In this document: piece after piece, positions 22,473 through 32,775 of the stretch
Layout: the number at the start of each line of letters is the position of its first letter
How positions within the stretch are numbered: the first letter of the stretch is position 1
Source: an uncultured delta proteobacterium
Lineage (GTDB): Bacteria > Desulfobacterota > BSN033 > UBA1163
NCBI GenBank assembly: GCA_963827685.1
Contig: CAWHBU010000003.1
Location: forward strand, 1,088,001 to 1,152,000
Length of the DNA: 64,000 nt
Direction of reading: 5' to 3'
Made by a program: the position numbers and the translations under genes
Notes under the pieces: model-generated
What the model saw: the letters and a program-made list of their open reading frames with translations, nothing else
What the model was told of the DNA's origin: nothing
The model's database searches: none

Positions 22473-23090
22473 TCAAGGAAAAACCATTTTCTCAAGGGCT
22501 TTGATTCTCGCCTCTAAGGCACCAAATTTCTTCTCTAAATCTGCGTAAGAGAATTTTATCATCGAACCCAATTCCTCTTTGACTTCGCCAAAACCTTCTT
22601 TCATCTTCTCTTTGATGGAAGCAACTTCTTCTGTCACCTGTTTGATCCCGTCCCTCAGGCTCTCCATTCCGTCCTTTAATCCGCCCATATCTGTGCTGCC
22701 CCCCTCCTTGGCATGAACCAAATAGGCTTCTCTCTCCTCCTTGATTTTTTGAAGAAGGTGTTCTACTTTCTGGATCGATTGATCAAAGGTAGACTGGTTC
22801 TGGACTTTAAGCTCCTGAATTCCGTCTCTCAATTCTTTCCTTATTGGATCGATTTCCACTTTCCCTTCTTTTGCCAACTTCTCAAAATCGGCTTTGACCT
22901 CCTGCCTCCACTCAAGAATCTGATTTCTATTTTCCTCTTTCGATTGGCGGAAGTTTGACTTCGTTTCTTGCCTCAGCTTTTCCAGATCTTCTCGGGTGGT
23001 CAGGCCCATTAATATTTTATCCAAATATTCCCTTGTTTCTTTGTCCATATCCTTCTTTGCCCCCTTATGGATATGATACTTGAATATCAT
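22473..23090 (-). CDS. Hypothetical coiled-coil protein
   Basis: E/K-rich heptad pattern. Confidence 0.7.
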   Translation of the reverse strand: MIFKYHIHKGAKKDMDKETREYLDKILMGLTTREDLEKLRQETKSNFRQSKEENRNQILEWRQEVKADFEKLAKEGKVEIDPIRKELRDGIQELKVQNQSTFDQSIQKVEHLLQKIKEEREAYLVHAKEGGSTDMGGLKDGMESLRDGIKQVTEEVASIKEKMKEGFGEVKEELGSMIKFSYADLEKKFGALEARIKALEKMVFP

Positions 23091-23340
23091 AGACTCCTTA
23101 GAATATCAATTCATTTCTGCACAGCATTTTTTTCTTGACAAAAAACCTGTTTACAAGTATTTTAGTACTGATAACTGGAGAAATTAAAGCAGGCAATACA
23201 ACGAGGTATTGCGCAATGACAATGGCGTCAAAGAAATTTGGCATCTTTTTATTCTGAACCTGCAGAAGAAACCTCGTTAGGGTGGGGGAAATCTTCTGAT
23301 AAATAGAAAGGGAAATAATTCGGGAGTGCTTCATCCCTAA

Positions 23341-23664
23341 ATGCTGGACATGTGTCATTTTGACATGAATAGAAAACAAAAAAGGATCCAAATATTCCTG
23401 GCTATATCATTTATTTTCTTCCTTTCAGTTTTTTCAGGTTATCTCTATTACAATAATTATGCAGAAACTGATCTCCCCTCTGCCAAACCAACGTTTGACA
23501 ATCTTGATCAAGATTATCTACTAACTGACCAGCAGAATAGATCGTCAGCAGTCGAGCAAACCGCCTCTTCTTTTATCCTCGAAACCTATCTATTTCGTCA
23601 GCCTCCTGACCTCTCCTTTGGCATTCCCTCTCTCGATCAGAAGCTCTTAGCCCTCCGTTGTTGA
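23341..23664 (+). CDS. Small hypothetical membrane-anchored protein
   Basis: Basic N-terminus, hydrophobic helix, C-terminal LRC. Confidence 0.55.
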   Translation: MLDMCHFDMNRKQKRIQIFLAISFIFFLSVFSGYLYYNNYAETDLPSAKPTFDNLDQDYLLTDQQNRSSAVEQTASSFILETYLFRQPPDLSFGIPSLDQKLLALRC

Positions 23665-24006
23665 AAATGTCTCCTCGCCATCGCTCACTGGATCATGCTT
23701 TCATTGATTTACCGATATTTTGTATCAAGAAAAATGGTAGACTGAAATTCTAAGAAGAAAAGGAGGTGATCGTGAACTAACTGAGTTTTTCCTGGTAAGC
23801 TAAGATTAATATCTTTAAAAAAAAGACTGAAAGGGGTGAATATCTCATGCCGATTACCAGAAGGCAATTTTCAAAGTTTTTTGTACGTACAAAGAATCCT
23901 CATGCCCCAGATCTTTGGCTAACCTCCAAAAGGCAGTGACTGAAGAGCCAAATGTAATGTCTATACCATGAACACTAAATACAAAGATTTTCTAAGGAGG
24001 TAAATT

Positions 24007-25011
24007 ATGAAGGAAGAGGACATGTTAAGCAACAAACTCTTAGATGTCATAGAATCCCATGGAGTGAGCAGAAGGGATTTTCTAAAATACTCTGCTTCCA
24101 TAGCGGCCTTATTCGGAATCTCACAATTTGAATTTGCCACGAAGATTGCTCAGGCAATGGAAAGTGCCTCTAAAAAACCTCCGGTCCTCTGGCTGGAGGG
24201 GCAGGATTGTGCTGGATGTACTATCTCATTTACTCAAATCCTTAACCCACCTGCTACGACCATTATTTTAGACAAAATTTCTCTTAGATATCATGAAACC
24301 GCTATGGCCGCCGCAGGACATCTTGCTGAAAAGGTCTATCATGATACGGTAAAGGAAGGCGGGTATGTGTTGGTTGTGGAAGGTTCTGTACCCTCAGCCG
24401 GTGACCGTTTCTGTATGGTGGGTGGGAGACCCTTCAGAGTGATTTTAGAGGAAGCAGCCCAAAAGGCCGGTGCAATCATTGCAGTGGGAGCTTGCGCTAC
24501 CTATGGTGGCATTCCTGCAGCAACTCCATCCAAGGGTATTGGACTCAACAAAGCTCTCCCTGGAAAAACAGTAATCAATCTTCCCACCTGTCCAGTTCAT
24601 CCAGATCATTTAGCTGGAACAATCCTCTACTTCCTGACTACAGGAAAAGTTCCCCCACTGGACAATATTGGTCGTCCGTTGATCTATTATGCTGAGTCCA
24701 TTCATGATAACTGTAGACGACGGGCTCATTTCGACGAAAACCGATTTCTCGAGGATTGGAATGACCCTAATCAGAGAGAATGGTGTCTGTCGCATAAGGG
24801 CTGTAAGGGGCCTCTGACTAACTCTGACTGTCCAATCCGAAGATGGAATGATGGAATTAATTTCTGCATCGATTGCGGAGCTCCATGCATGGGATGTGCA
24901 CAACCAGAATTCTACCAGGATATGTCTCCTCTTTACACGGCTGAGAGCGAAATTTCAAAAAGGATTTTGGCTATGAAAGAGGCCGGTTTGTTCAAGAGAG
25001 AAAATAGCTAA
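24007..25011 (+). CDS. [NiFe]-hydrogenase small subunit, Tat-exported
   Basis: SRRDFLK signal; DCAGC, GACA, TCP, HDNC, WC, GCKGP, CP..NFC..PCMGC ligands. Confidence 0.95.
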   Translation: MKEEDMLSNKLLDVIESHGVSRRDFLKYSASIAALFGISQFEFATKIAQAMESASKKPPVLWLEGQDCAGCTISFTQILNPPATTIILDKISLRYHETAMAAAGHLAEKVYHDTVKEGGYVLVVEGSVPSAGDRFCMVGGRPFRVILEEAAQKAGAIIAVGACATYGGIPAATPSKGIGLNKALPGKTVINLPTCPVHPDHLAGTILYFLTTGKVPPLDNIGRPLIYYAESIHDNCRRRAHFDENRFLEDWNDPNQREWCLSHKGCKGPLTNSDCPIRRWNDGINFCIDCGAPCMGCAQPEFYQDMSPLYTAESEISKRILAMKEAGLFKRENS

Positions 25012-25022
25012 AGAAAGGGGTA

Positions 25023-26591
25023 TTGCATATGGCTAAGAGAATAACGATAGACCCTGTAACACGCATTGAAGGACATCTAAAAATTGAAGTAGAGGTTGAA
25101 GGGGGCAAGGTGAAGAATGCATGGAGTAGCGGAACCATGGCCCGTGGCTTTGAGGCCTTACTCCAAGGGAAGGACCCTCGAGATGCCTCTTTCGTCACCT
25201 CCCGGTTCTGCGGGGTTTGCTATAGTGTTCACCAACTGGCCTCCGCTCGTGCTCTGGATGCCGCTTTTGGAGCAAAGGTCCCTTGGGCGGGGCATCTCAT
25301 TAGAAACCTGGTCATGGGTGCACAGTATATCTATGACCACCCGCTCCATTTTTACCAATTGAGTGCACTTGACTATATTGATGTCATGGCGGTTGCCAAT
25401 TATAAGGGGAAGGATAAAGACTTACTGGCTGTAAAGGATAAGGTTGTCAATTTGGTAAAGGCTAAAGATACTTATCCTCTTACCCCAAGATATGTCCCAG
25501 ATCAGTTTTCCGTTAAAGACCCAGAGGTAGTCATCACTGCTGTCAAGCATTATATTGATGCCATGAAAATGCATGCACAGGCCAGAAACATGGGGGCGAT
25601 CTGGGGCGGCCGAACTCCCCATTACCAGAATATTGTGGTCGGAGGCGTCACTTCATATCCTGATATAAACCAGGTTGCCCGCTTCCGCACGATGCTCGAT
25701 GAGCAGGCAAAGTTTATTAATGAGGTCTATATACCGGATGTCCTGGCCTTTGGGACGGGTCCACTTTGGGAACTCGCCAAGATGGGTTTAGGAGGTGGTC
25801 ATTACAATTATTTATCCTACGGAGCTCTCGAAAAGGATCCAGAAGGCAAATCCCTTGTTTTTCCAGCAGGTGTCATCATGGGTTTGAACCCAGCGAATAT
25901 CAAGGTTGAGGCCTTTAATCCTCAAAAAATCACTGAGTCGGTGAAATTTGCCTGGTATAAGGAAAACAAACCCGTACACCCATATCAGGGTGAACAGGTG
26001 TTTGATCTTGACAAAAAGGAAGCCTATTCCTTTGTTAAAGCCCCTCGCTATAACGGTAAACCTATGGAGGTAGGACCTCTGGCACGGATGCTTGTAGCCA
26101 AAAATCCCTCTGTCCTCGGATTAGTGGGTAAGGGGGCGAAACCCGGCGCTGTGGCTCGCCATGCAGCCCGGGCAATAGAAACAAAGTTGGTAGTGGATGC
26201 TTGTTATGAATGGTGTGATAAGCTTCTCACCGAAATGACCAAGCCTGGTTTCAAGATTCAAGATAAGGAACATTGGGATCCGCCAGAAAACGGCATTGGC
26301 GCCGGGTTTTACGAAGCACCCCGTGGGGCTTTAGGTCATTGGATTGAAGTCAAAGAGAAAAAGATTAAGAATTATCAAGCCGTCGTTCCATCTACTTGGA
26401 ATGCATCGCCTCGTGATGAAAATGGAGTCCGTGGGCAATATGAGGAATCCCTCATCGGTACTCCCGTCCCCGATCCTGAAAATCCCATCAATGTTGTTCG
26501 GATCATTCGCTCCTTCGATCCTTGCCTCGCTTGTGCGATCCACCTCATTGACCCGAAGACCAACGAAATCCGGAAATTCCTTATAGAATGA
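25023..26591 (+). CDS. [NiFe]-hydrogenase large subunit (group 1)
   Basis: DPVTRIEGH, RFCGVC, DPCLACAIH plus a cleavable C-terminal tail. Confidence 0.97.
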   Translation: MHMAKRITIDPVTRIEGHLKIEVEVEGGKVKNAWSSGTMARGFEALLQGKDPRDASFVTSRFCGVCYSVHQLASARALDAAFGAKVPWAGHLIRNLVMGAQYIYDHPLHFYQLSALDYIDVMAVANYKGKDKDLLAVKDKVVNLVKAKDTYPLTPRYVPDQFSVKDPEVVITAVKHYIDAMKMHAQARNMGAIWGGRTPHYQNIVVGGVTSYPDINQVARFRTMLDEQAKFINEVYIPDVLAFGTGPLWELAKMGLGGGHYNYLSYGALEKDPEGKSLVFPAGVIMGLNPANIKVEAFNPQKITESVKFAWYKENKPVHPYQGEQVFDLDKKEAYSFVKAPRYNGKPMEVGPLARMLVAKNPSVLGLVGKGAKPGAVARHAARAIETKLVVDACYEWCDKLLTEMTKPGFKIQDKEHWDPPENGIGAGFYEAPRGALGHWIEVKEKKIKNYQAVVPSTWNASPRDENGVRGQYEESLIGTPVPDPENPINVVRIIRSFDPCLACAIHLIDPKTNEIRKFLIE

Positions 26592-26649
26592 TTAAAGTGA
26601 ATAATGTTTCCGAAAAAATCAAAGGGGGGGAGAGAAAAACTCTCCCCCC

Positions 26650-27132
26650 AAAATTGTCATTTTAGGGGTAGGCAACCTTTTGCTCTCTGATGAGGGGGTA
26701 GGCGTTCATGTAGCCAATGAGCTAATGAAGAAGAACCTACCACCAGAGGTTTCAGTGGTTGAAGGAGGGACCGATGGGTTCCTTCTCTTGAATATTATCA
26801 CAGAGGCCGACCGCTTAATCGTAATTGACGCCGTAAAAGGGAATGCTGTTCCCGGCTCCATCTATCGTTTCGACATTGGCGAAGTTCGAAACTGTCCGGC
26901 TGGTTTTAAAACATCGGTTCACCAGATTGGGATCTTAGAGGTTTTAGACCTGTCAGAACTGATAGGAAAAACTCCCCATACAACTGTGATCGGCATTGAA
27001 CCCAAGTCCCTGGAAATGGGAATGGAACTTTCCCCAGAAATCAAGGCGAAAATCCCGAGAATTATTGAGTTAGTAATGAATGAGTTAAAAACAAACAAAG
27101 CCTTGTCCCTAAAAGGCAGAGCAAAACGTTGA
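26650..27132 (+). CDS. Hydrogenase maturation protease; start codon unresolved
   Basis: KIVILGVGNLLLSDEGVG, IDAV, SVHQ, IGIEP; the conserved N-terminus extends upstream of the ORF-track start. Confidence 0.9.
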   Translation, partial: KIVILGVGNLLLSDEGVGVHVANELMKKNLPPEVSVVEGGTDGFLLLNIITEADRLIVIDAVKGNAVPGSIYRFDIGEVRNCPAGFKTSVHQIGILEVLDLSELIGKTPHTTVIGIEPKSLEMGMELSPEIKAKIPRIIELVMNELKTNKALSLKGRAKR

Positions 27133-27387
27133 TATGAAGATCCCTGTCTTTCTTTGCTAAATCTTCAACTCCTTCTAAAAAATCATTCAAATTAGTTGGC
27201 TCATTTTTATGCTTCAAAAACATTCTCCTTTTAGATTAGATGCATAAAAGTCACCCCCTATGATCTAAGGGCAGTTCAAACCAAAAATCGACGCGGACAA
27301 TATATGGGATAGGAGATAGCGTCCGGGGGTATTACATCAATTCCTATTCATATTGAAGCCCTTTTAAAAGAGGGTTAATATAGGTAT

Positions 27388-29664
27388 ATGAAACGGGCTG
27401 AAATTGGGATCACCGGAATCGTCCAGGGAATCGGATTTAGACCCTTCATCTACAACCTGGCTCAAAAACACCTGATCCGAGGATGGGTTCTCAATAATGA
27501 AAAGGGAGTTTTGATCGATGCCGAAAGCGAAGATGGCAATCTTGATCGGTTCATTCAGGGCATCCCCAAGCTCGCACCGCCATTAGCCCGGATTGAATCG
27601 TTTCATGTGAAATACCTTGAACCTCTGGGCTACAGCACTTTTGAAATCAGGAAGAGTGAAGAGACTCAAGAGAAATTTACCCTCATCTCTCCTGATGTGG
27701 CCACCTGTGACCAATGCCTTTTCGAGCTTTTCTCACCTCAAAACTTTCGATACCGATACCCATTTATTAACTGTACTCTCTGCGGTCCAAGATTTACAAT
27801 TATCCGGGACATCCCTTACGATCGCCATAAAACGACAATGGCTCCTTTCAAAATGTGCCCTGTCTGTCAGAAAGAGTATGAAGACCCATCTGACCGGCGG
27901 TTTCATGCTCAACCCAATGCCTGCTCTGCCTGTGGCCCCCTTCTTCATCTGGAGGATAGGGAAGGGAAAGAAGTTCCTGGAGATCCGATTGTGAAGACCT
28001 TGGACCTCCTATCAAAAGGAAGGATTGTGGCAATTAAAGGGCTGGGAGGGTTTCATCTGGCATGTGATGCAAAAAATCAAGACGCTGTCTCCTCGTTGAG
28101 GTCCAGAAAGTTTAGAGAGGATAAGCCCTTTGCCGTGATGTGCCAAAATCTTCAGGAAGTGAAGGAACACTGTGAAGTCAACGAAGAAGAAGAGAAGTTA
28201 TTGCTGAGTGTGGAGAGGCCCATTGTCATTCTGAGAAGGAGGGGAAATTCTCCGGTTGCCCATGCTGTCGCTCCTTATCAGGATACCCTTGGTGTCATGC
28301 TCCCCTACTCACCGCTTCACCATCTTCTGTTCAACGGTCCCCTCAAGACATTGGTGATGACGAGCGGCAATGTGAGTGACGAACCCATCTCTTATAAGAA
28401 TGAGGAGGCCTTTCGCCGTCTCTCCAAAATCGCCGACTATTTCCTCTTTCACAACCGTGAGATCCATATGAGGTGCGATGATTCGGTAACAAGGATCTTC
28501 GAAGAAAAACCTTACATCCTCCGGAGGTCAAGAGGTTATGTCCCCTTCCCTGTTAAACTTTCTTTCCCCATCGAAATGATCCTGGCCTGTGGTGGGGAAC
28601 TGAAAAATACTTTTTGCCTGACCCGTGGCCAATACGCTTTCATAAGTCATCACATCGGAGACCTTGAGAATTTAGAAACCCTGACCTCTTTTGAAGAAGG
28701 CATCGAGCATTTCAAGAGGCTCTTCTATATTGAGCCAAAGGCAGTCGCCTATGATCTTCATCCGGATTATCTCTCTACCCAGTATGCCCTTTCGATTCCA
28801 GATATTCCAAGAATGGGTGTCCAGCATCACCACGCCCACATTGTGAGTGCAATGGCTGAAAATGGAATGGAAGGGGATGTGATCGGAGTCGCTCTCGATG
28901 GAACAGGTTTTGGATTGGATGGCACCATCTGGGGAGGTGAATTTATCAAGGCAAATCTAAGAGATTTTGATCGATTGGCCCATCTGAAAAAAGTTCCTAT
29001 GCCTGGAGGTTCGATGGCCATTAAAGAGCCCTGGCGAATGGCGATGGTTTACCTTTCTGAGGCTTTCGGGGATGAAACCACGAAACTGAAGATTGACCTG
29101 ATAAGAAGAATTGATCCTCAAAAATGGGACGTTTTAAAGAGGACCATCGAAAAAAAGATTAATACCCCATTGACTTCGAGCATGGGTCGCTTCTTCGACG
29201 CCATCTCTTCCCTTCTGTCCATACGAGATGAGGTCCACTATGAAGGACAGGCAGCCATCGAACTGGAGATGATCGCGGATCACGGGGTAAAAGAAGAATA
29301 TCCTTTCACCATTCAAAAAGATGAAAAGCCTATGGTGGTTGATTCACAAGAGATGATAAGGGGGATAGTCCGTGATCTGATAGATGGGGCGCCCGCCTCG
29401 AAAATCTCAGGAAAGTTTCATAGAACCATAGCTGGCTTTATCATCGAGACGTGTGAGTCGATCCGATCCAAGGAAGAGTTGAATCGAGTCGTCCTGAGTG
29501 GTGGAGTCTTTCAAAATATTTTCCTTCTTTCACTTGTCACAGAAGGTTTGAAAAGATCGGGTTTTGATGTCTATACTCACCATCTGGTACCTCCCAATGA
29601 CGGCGGGGTCTCCTTAGGGCAGGCGGTCATTGCCCAGATGAGGTTATTTCAAAGTCTGTCATAA
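27388..29664 (+). CDS. hypF: Carbamoyltransferase HypF
   Basis: GIVQGIGFRP, two CxxC zinc fingers, HHHAH, PPNDGGVSLGQ. Confidence 0.98.
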   Translation: MKRAEIGITGIVQGIGFRPFIYNLAQKHLIRGWVLNNEKGVLIDAESEDGNLDRFIQGIPKLAPPLARIESFHVKYLEPLGYSTFEIRKSEETQEKFTLISPDVATCDQCLFELFSPQNFRYRYPFINCTLCGPRFTIIRDIPYDRHKTTMAPFKMCPVCQKEYEDPSDRRFHAQPNACSACGPLLHLEDREGKEVPGDPIVKTLDLLSKGRIVAIKGLGGFHLACDAKNQDAVSSLRSRKFREDKPFAVMCQNLQEVKEHCEVNEEEEKLLLSVERPIVILRRRGNSPVAHAVAPYQDTLGVMLPYSPLHHLLFNGPLKTLVMTSGNVSDEPISYKNEEAFRRLSKIADYFLFHNREIHMRCDDSVTRIFEEKPYILRRSRGYVPFPVKLSFPIEMILACGGELKNTFCLTRGQYAFISHHIGDLENLETLTSFEEGIEHFKRLFYIEPKAVAYDLHPDYLSTQYALSIPDIPRMGVQHHHAHIVSAMAENGMEGDVIGVALDGTGFGLDGTIWGGEFIKANLRDFDRLAHLKKVPMPGGSMAIKEPWRMAMVYLSEAFGDETTKLKIDLIRRIDPQKWDVLKRTIEKKINTPLTSSMGRFFDAISSLLSIRDEVHYEGQAAIELEMIADHGVKEEYPFTIQKDEKPMVVDSQEMIRGIVRDLIDGAPASKISGKFHRTIAGFIIETCESIRSKEELNRVVLSGGVFQNIFLLSLVTEGLKRSGFDVYTHHLVPPNDGGVSLGQAVIAQMRLFQSLS

Positions 29665-29823
29665 TTGAGGAATTGCAGGGTTATTTAAGTTCTTTGGGTT
29701 ATTTTGGTTCTTTGGGTTATTTGAGTTGTTTGGGTTACTTGAGTTCTTTGTGTTAACTCAATAACTCAATAAACTTAATTTACTCAATGAACCTTATAAA
29801 TTCATAAATTTGGAGTTATTACA

Positions 29824-30042
29824 ATGTGCTTAAGTGTTCCCGGAAAAATTGTAAAAATTAAAAACAACATGGCCAGAGTGGATGTCGGCGGCATGCTTAG
29901 GGATATCTCGCTGGACCTATGTCCAGAAGTTTCTCTCGGTGAATATGTCCTTATTCACGCAGGCTTTGCCATTCAAAAGGTTGACGAAGAAGAAGCTAAG
30001 GAGACGTTGGATCTTCTGAGAAAAATGGCAGGGGCGATATGA
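29824..30042 (+). CDS. hypC: Hydrogenase assembly chaperone HypC
   Basis: MCLSVP, YVLIHAGFAI. Confidence 0.97.
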   Translation: MCLSVPGKIVKIKNNMARVDVGGMLRDISLDLCPEVSLGEYVLIHAGFAIQKVDEEEAKETLDLLRKMAGAI

Positions 30043-30084
30043 CTGTCCGCGAATCAAGGCAAAGACGCAGAATATTTTTGAATT

Positions 30085-30176
30085 GTCATTGCGAGCGATC
30101 CCGCCTTGGCGGGAGAGCGTGGCAATCTCATCTATTGATACAAGATTGCTTCGTCGCTATCGCTCCTCGCAATGAC
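30085..30176. repeat. REP-like palindrome GTCATTGCGAG...CTCGCAATGAC (related copies 32507-32651 and 47251-47347)
   Basis: Inverted termini with internal GCAATC/GATTGC arms. Confidence 0.8.
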
Positions 30177-30213
30177 AAATGCTTCTTGGACTTTTTATAA
30201 TTTATGGATTCAT

Positions 30214-31290
30214 ATGAAATTCATAGATGAATTCCGGGATAAAGAGATTGCGGAAGGACTAATTCAGAGGATTCATAAAACCTCTACCCGTCCCATCCAG
30301 TTGATGGAGGTTTGCGGAACGCATACGGTCTCCATCTTCCGGTATGGAATAAGAGGCCTCCTCCCGGAGCACGTCAGGCTTCTCTCCGGTCCGGGCTGCC
30401 CTGTCTGCGTCACTCCCAATAATGATATCGATCTGGCCATTGCCCTCTCAAGGCAAAAGGATGTCATCATCGTCACCTTCGGTGACATGATGAGAGTTCC
30501 TGGCTCGACATCAAGCCTGCAGAAAGAGAAGGCTGAGGGAAGGGATATCCGAATCATCTACTCTTCTCTTGAAGCATTAAAAATAGCGAAGGAAAATTTC
30601 GGGAAGAGAGTGGTCTTCTTGGCCATAGGTTTCGAAACCACTTCTCCTACCATAGCCGTGGCGATTCTCCGGGCCAAAGAAGAAAAGTTACAAAATCTCT
30701 CTTTCTTGAATAGTCAGAAACGGGTTCCCCCTGCCCTAATTGCCCTCTTACAATCGAAGCAGGTCAAGATCGATGGGTTTATCCTTCCAGGCCATGTGAG
30801 TACAATCATTGGGACAATTCCCTACCAATTCATTGCAAAAGAGTTTGGCCGACCTGCTGTGATCACAGGCTTTGAGCCTTTGGACATTCTTCAGGGTATT
30901 TGGATGCTCATCAAACAGATCGAAGAGAACCGCGCGGCCATTGAGATTCAGTATCGAAGAGTCGTCCACGAAGAGGGTAATCCAATTGCCTTGAGTAAGA
31001 TCGATCAAGTCTTCGAAAAAGGCGAAAGCCGGTGGAGGGGCATTGGATTGATACCGGATAGCGGATATCGTTTTAAAGAATCTTATAAAGAAATGGATGT
31101 TAGGAATTTCGATGTGGAAGTAGAGCCATCCAAGGAGCATCCTGAATGTCTTTGTGGAGAAGTGCTTCAGGGAATCAAGAGCCCTTTGGAATGTCGCCTG
31201 TTCAAAAAGCTCTGCCATCCAGAAAACCCAATTGGCGCTTGCATGGTCTCCATCGAAGGAACCTGTCACACCTACTTTAAGTTTTCATGA
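30214..31290 (+). CDS. hypD: Hydrogenase formation protein HypD
   Basis: MEVCGTHT, GPGCPVC, GFETT, PGHVS, CMVSIEGTC. Confidence 0.98.
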   Translation: MKFIDEFRDKEIAEGLIQRIHKTSTRPIQLMEVCGTHTVSIFRYGIRGLLPEHVRLLSGPGCPVCVTPNNDIDLAIALSRQKDVIIVTFGDMMRVPGSTSSLQKEKAEGRDIRIIYSSLEALKIAKENFGKRVVFLAIGFETTSPTIAVAILRAKEEKLQNLSFLNSQKRVPPALIALLQSKQVKIDGFILPGHVSTIIGTIPYQFIAKEFGRPAVITGFEPLDILQGIWMLIKQIEENRAAIEIQYRRVVHEEGNPIALSKIDQVFEKGESRWRGIGLIPDSGYRFKESYKEMDVRNFDVEVEPSKEHPECLCGEVLQGIKSPLECRLFKKLCHPENPIGACMVSIEGTCHTYFKFS

Positions 31291-31312
31291 AGCCCGACAT
31301 AACGTATAGACT

Positions 31313-31384
31313 TGTAGCGCCCCCATTTACTGGGGGCGAGGGGCGAATGGATAGAATTCGTCGGCAGTAAATGCCGACGCTACA
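31313..31384. repeat. REP-like TGTAGCG...CGCTACA double hairpin (related copies 6676-6735 and 53713-53775)
   Basis: Shared CGTCGGCA..TGCCGACG and GCCC..GGGC hairpins with GTAG ends. Confidence 0.75.
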
Positions 31385-31410
31385 AAAATTGAACAGAAGG
31401 TGAATAATTT

Positions 31411-32421
31411 ATGAGCGACGAAAAGATCCTTTTGGCCCACGGGAGTGGAGGAAAGCTTTCCCACGATCTGATTAAACAGATTCTTCTGCCTCAGTTCAGA
31501 AACCCTTTCCTCGAACCATTGGATGATAGTGCGAAGATCACCAATCAGCACGGATCAATTGCTTTTACGACGGATTCCTATGTGGTCAATCCCATTTTCT
31601 TTCCAGGCGGAGATATTGGGAAATTGGCCGTATGCGGGACAGTGAACGATCTCTCAATGGTGGGGGCTACTCCATCGTATCTTAGCCTTTCGCTGATTGT
31701 TGAAGAAGGGTTCTCCATCGAGCTTCTCAAACAGATCGTCTCTTCGATCCATGAAACAGCTGAAAAGGCAAGAGTGAGCATTGTTACAGGTGATACCAAA
31801 GTAGTGGAACATGGCGCAGCAGATCAATTGTTTATTAATACTGCAGGGATCGGATGGGTCAGGCCGGGGATCAACCTTTCAGGGATCAATGCCAGATCAG
31901 GAGATAAAATTCTTTTAAGCGGTTACCTGGGAGATCACGAGATGGCTGTCCTCTCCCAAAGGGAGGGATTTAGATTCCAGGGTGAATTAAAAAGTGATTG
32001 CGCTCCATTAAACGATCTGGTCGGGAAAATGCTCGATGCCTGCCCTTCCATTCGCTGTATGCGGGACCCCACACGCGGCGGTCTGGCCACAACCCTCAAC
32101 GAGATTGCATCGATGTCCAATGTGGGGATGGTGATTGAAGAAGAAAAGGTTCCTGTACGAGAATCGGTCAAGGGAATCTCTGAGCTCTTGGGTTTGGACC
32201 CGCTCTATCTTGCTAATGAAGGGAAATTGATCGCCATCTGCCCACCCAACGAAGAAAAGCGGTTGTTGGAGATAATGAAAAGCCACCCCCTCGGCAGAAA
32301 CGCGGAAATCATTGGAAGAGTGACTGAGGAAAATCGAAAGAGAGTGACTCTCCACACATTGATCGGTGGCCACCGAATTCTGGATATGTTATCCGGTGGT
32401 CAGTACCCGAGGATCTGCTAA
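31411..32421 (+). CDS. hypE: Carbamoyl dehydratase HypE
   Basis: HGSGG, TTDSYVV, RDPTRGG, C-terminal PRIC. Confidence 0.98.
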   Translation: MSDEKILLAHGSGGKLSHDLIKQILLPQFRNPFLEPLDDSAKITNQHGSIAFTTDSYVVNPIFFPGGDIGKLAVCGTVNDLSMVGATPSYLSLSLIVEEGFSIELLKQIVSSIHETAEKARVSIVTGDTKVVEHGAADQLFINTAGIGWVRPGINLSGINARSGDKILLSGYLGDHEMAVLSQREGFRFQGELKSDCAPLNDLVGKMLDACPSIRCMRDPTRGGLATTLNEIASMSNVGMVIEEEKVPVRESVKGISELLGLDPLYLANEGKLIAICPPNEEKRLLEIMKSHPLGRNAEIIGRVTEENRKRVTLHTLIGGHRILDMLSGGQYPRIC

Positions 32422-32775
32422 CACTCAATTCGTTGCAGCGTTGAGTTTCGACATCGATCGATAGAACCAGTTATGAGAGGTGATCCAAATCCCGATTTAG
32501 GATACGGTCTTTGCGAGCGAAGCGAAGCAATCTCGCTTTTCGCGATGAGATTGCCACGCCTGCGTGCCGGAACGTTTGGCTGCACATATCTGCTTCATAA
32601 AGACAAGCACTTCGGCGTGCAGGCACGCACCTTTCAGGTGCTCGCAATGACGGATTGAGAAAGGGCTTCCCTTTTCTAAATCGGAATTTGGGGGTGATGC
32701 TTCACCTGACAGGCAATGTCAAATATAACATTAACTCCTTCCTGAAGTAAAGTATGCACGATTTGGGGTGCTGTC

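Noticed and set aside
23656-23664. RC-TGA ending as a possible Cys-Sec motif
   Set aside because: No convincing SECIS hairpin or conserved-looking continuation; treated as a normal stop.
26515-26545. Possible [NiFeSe] hydrogenase
   Set aside because: The C-terminal motif is encoded with TGC/TGT (DPCLAC); there is no UGA.
29678-29810. Periodic repeats as a possible CRISPR array
   Set aside because: Short degenerate tandem units without unique spacers; no cas genes in the window.
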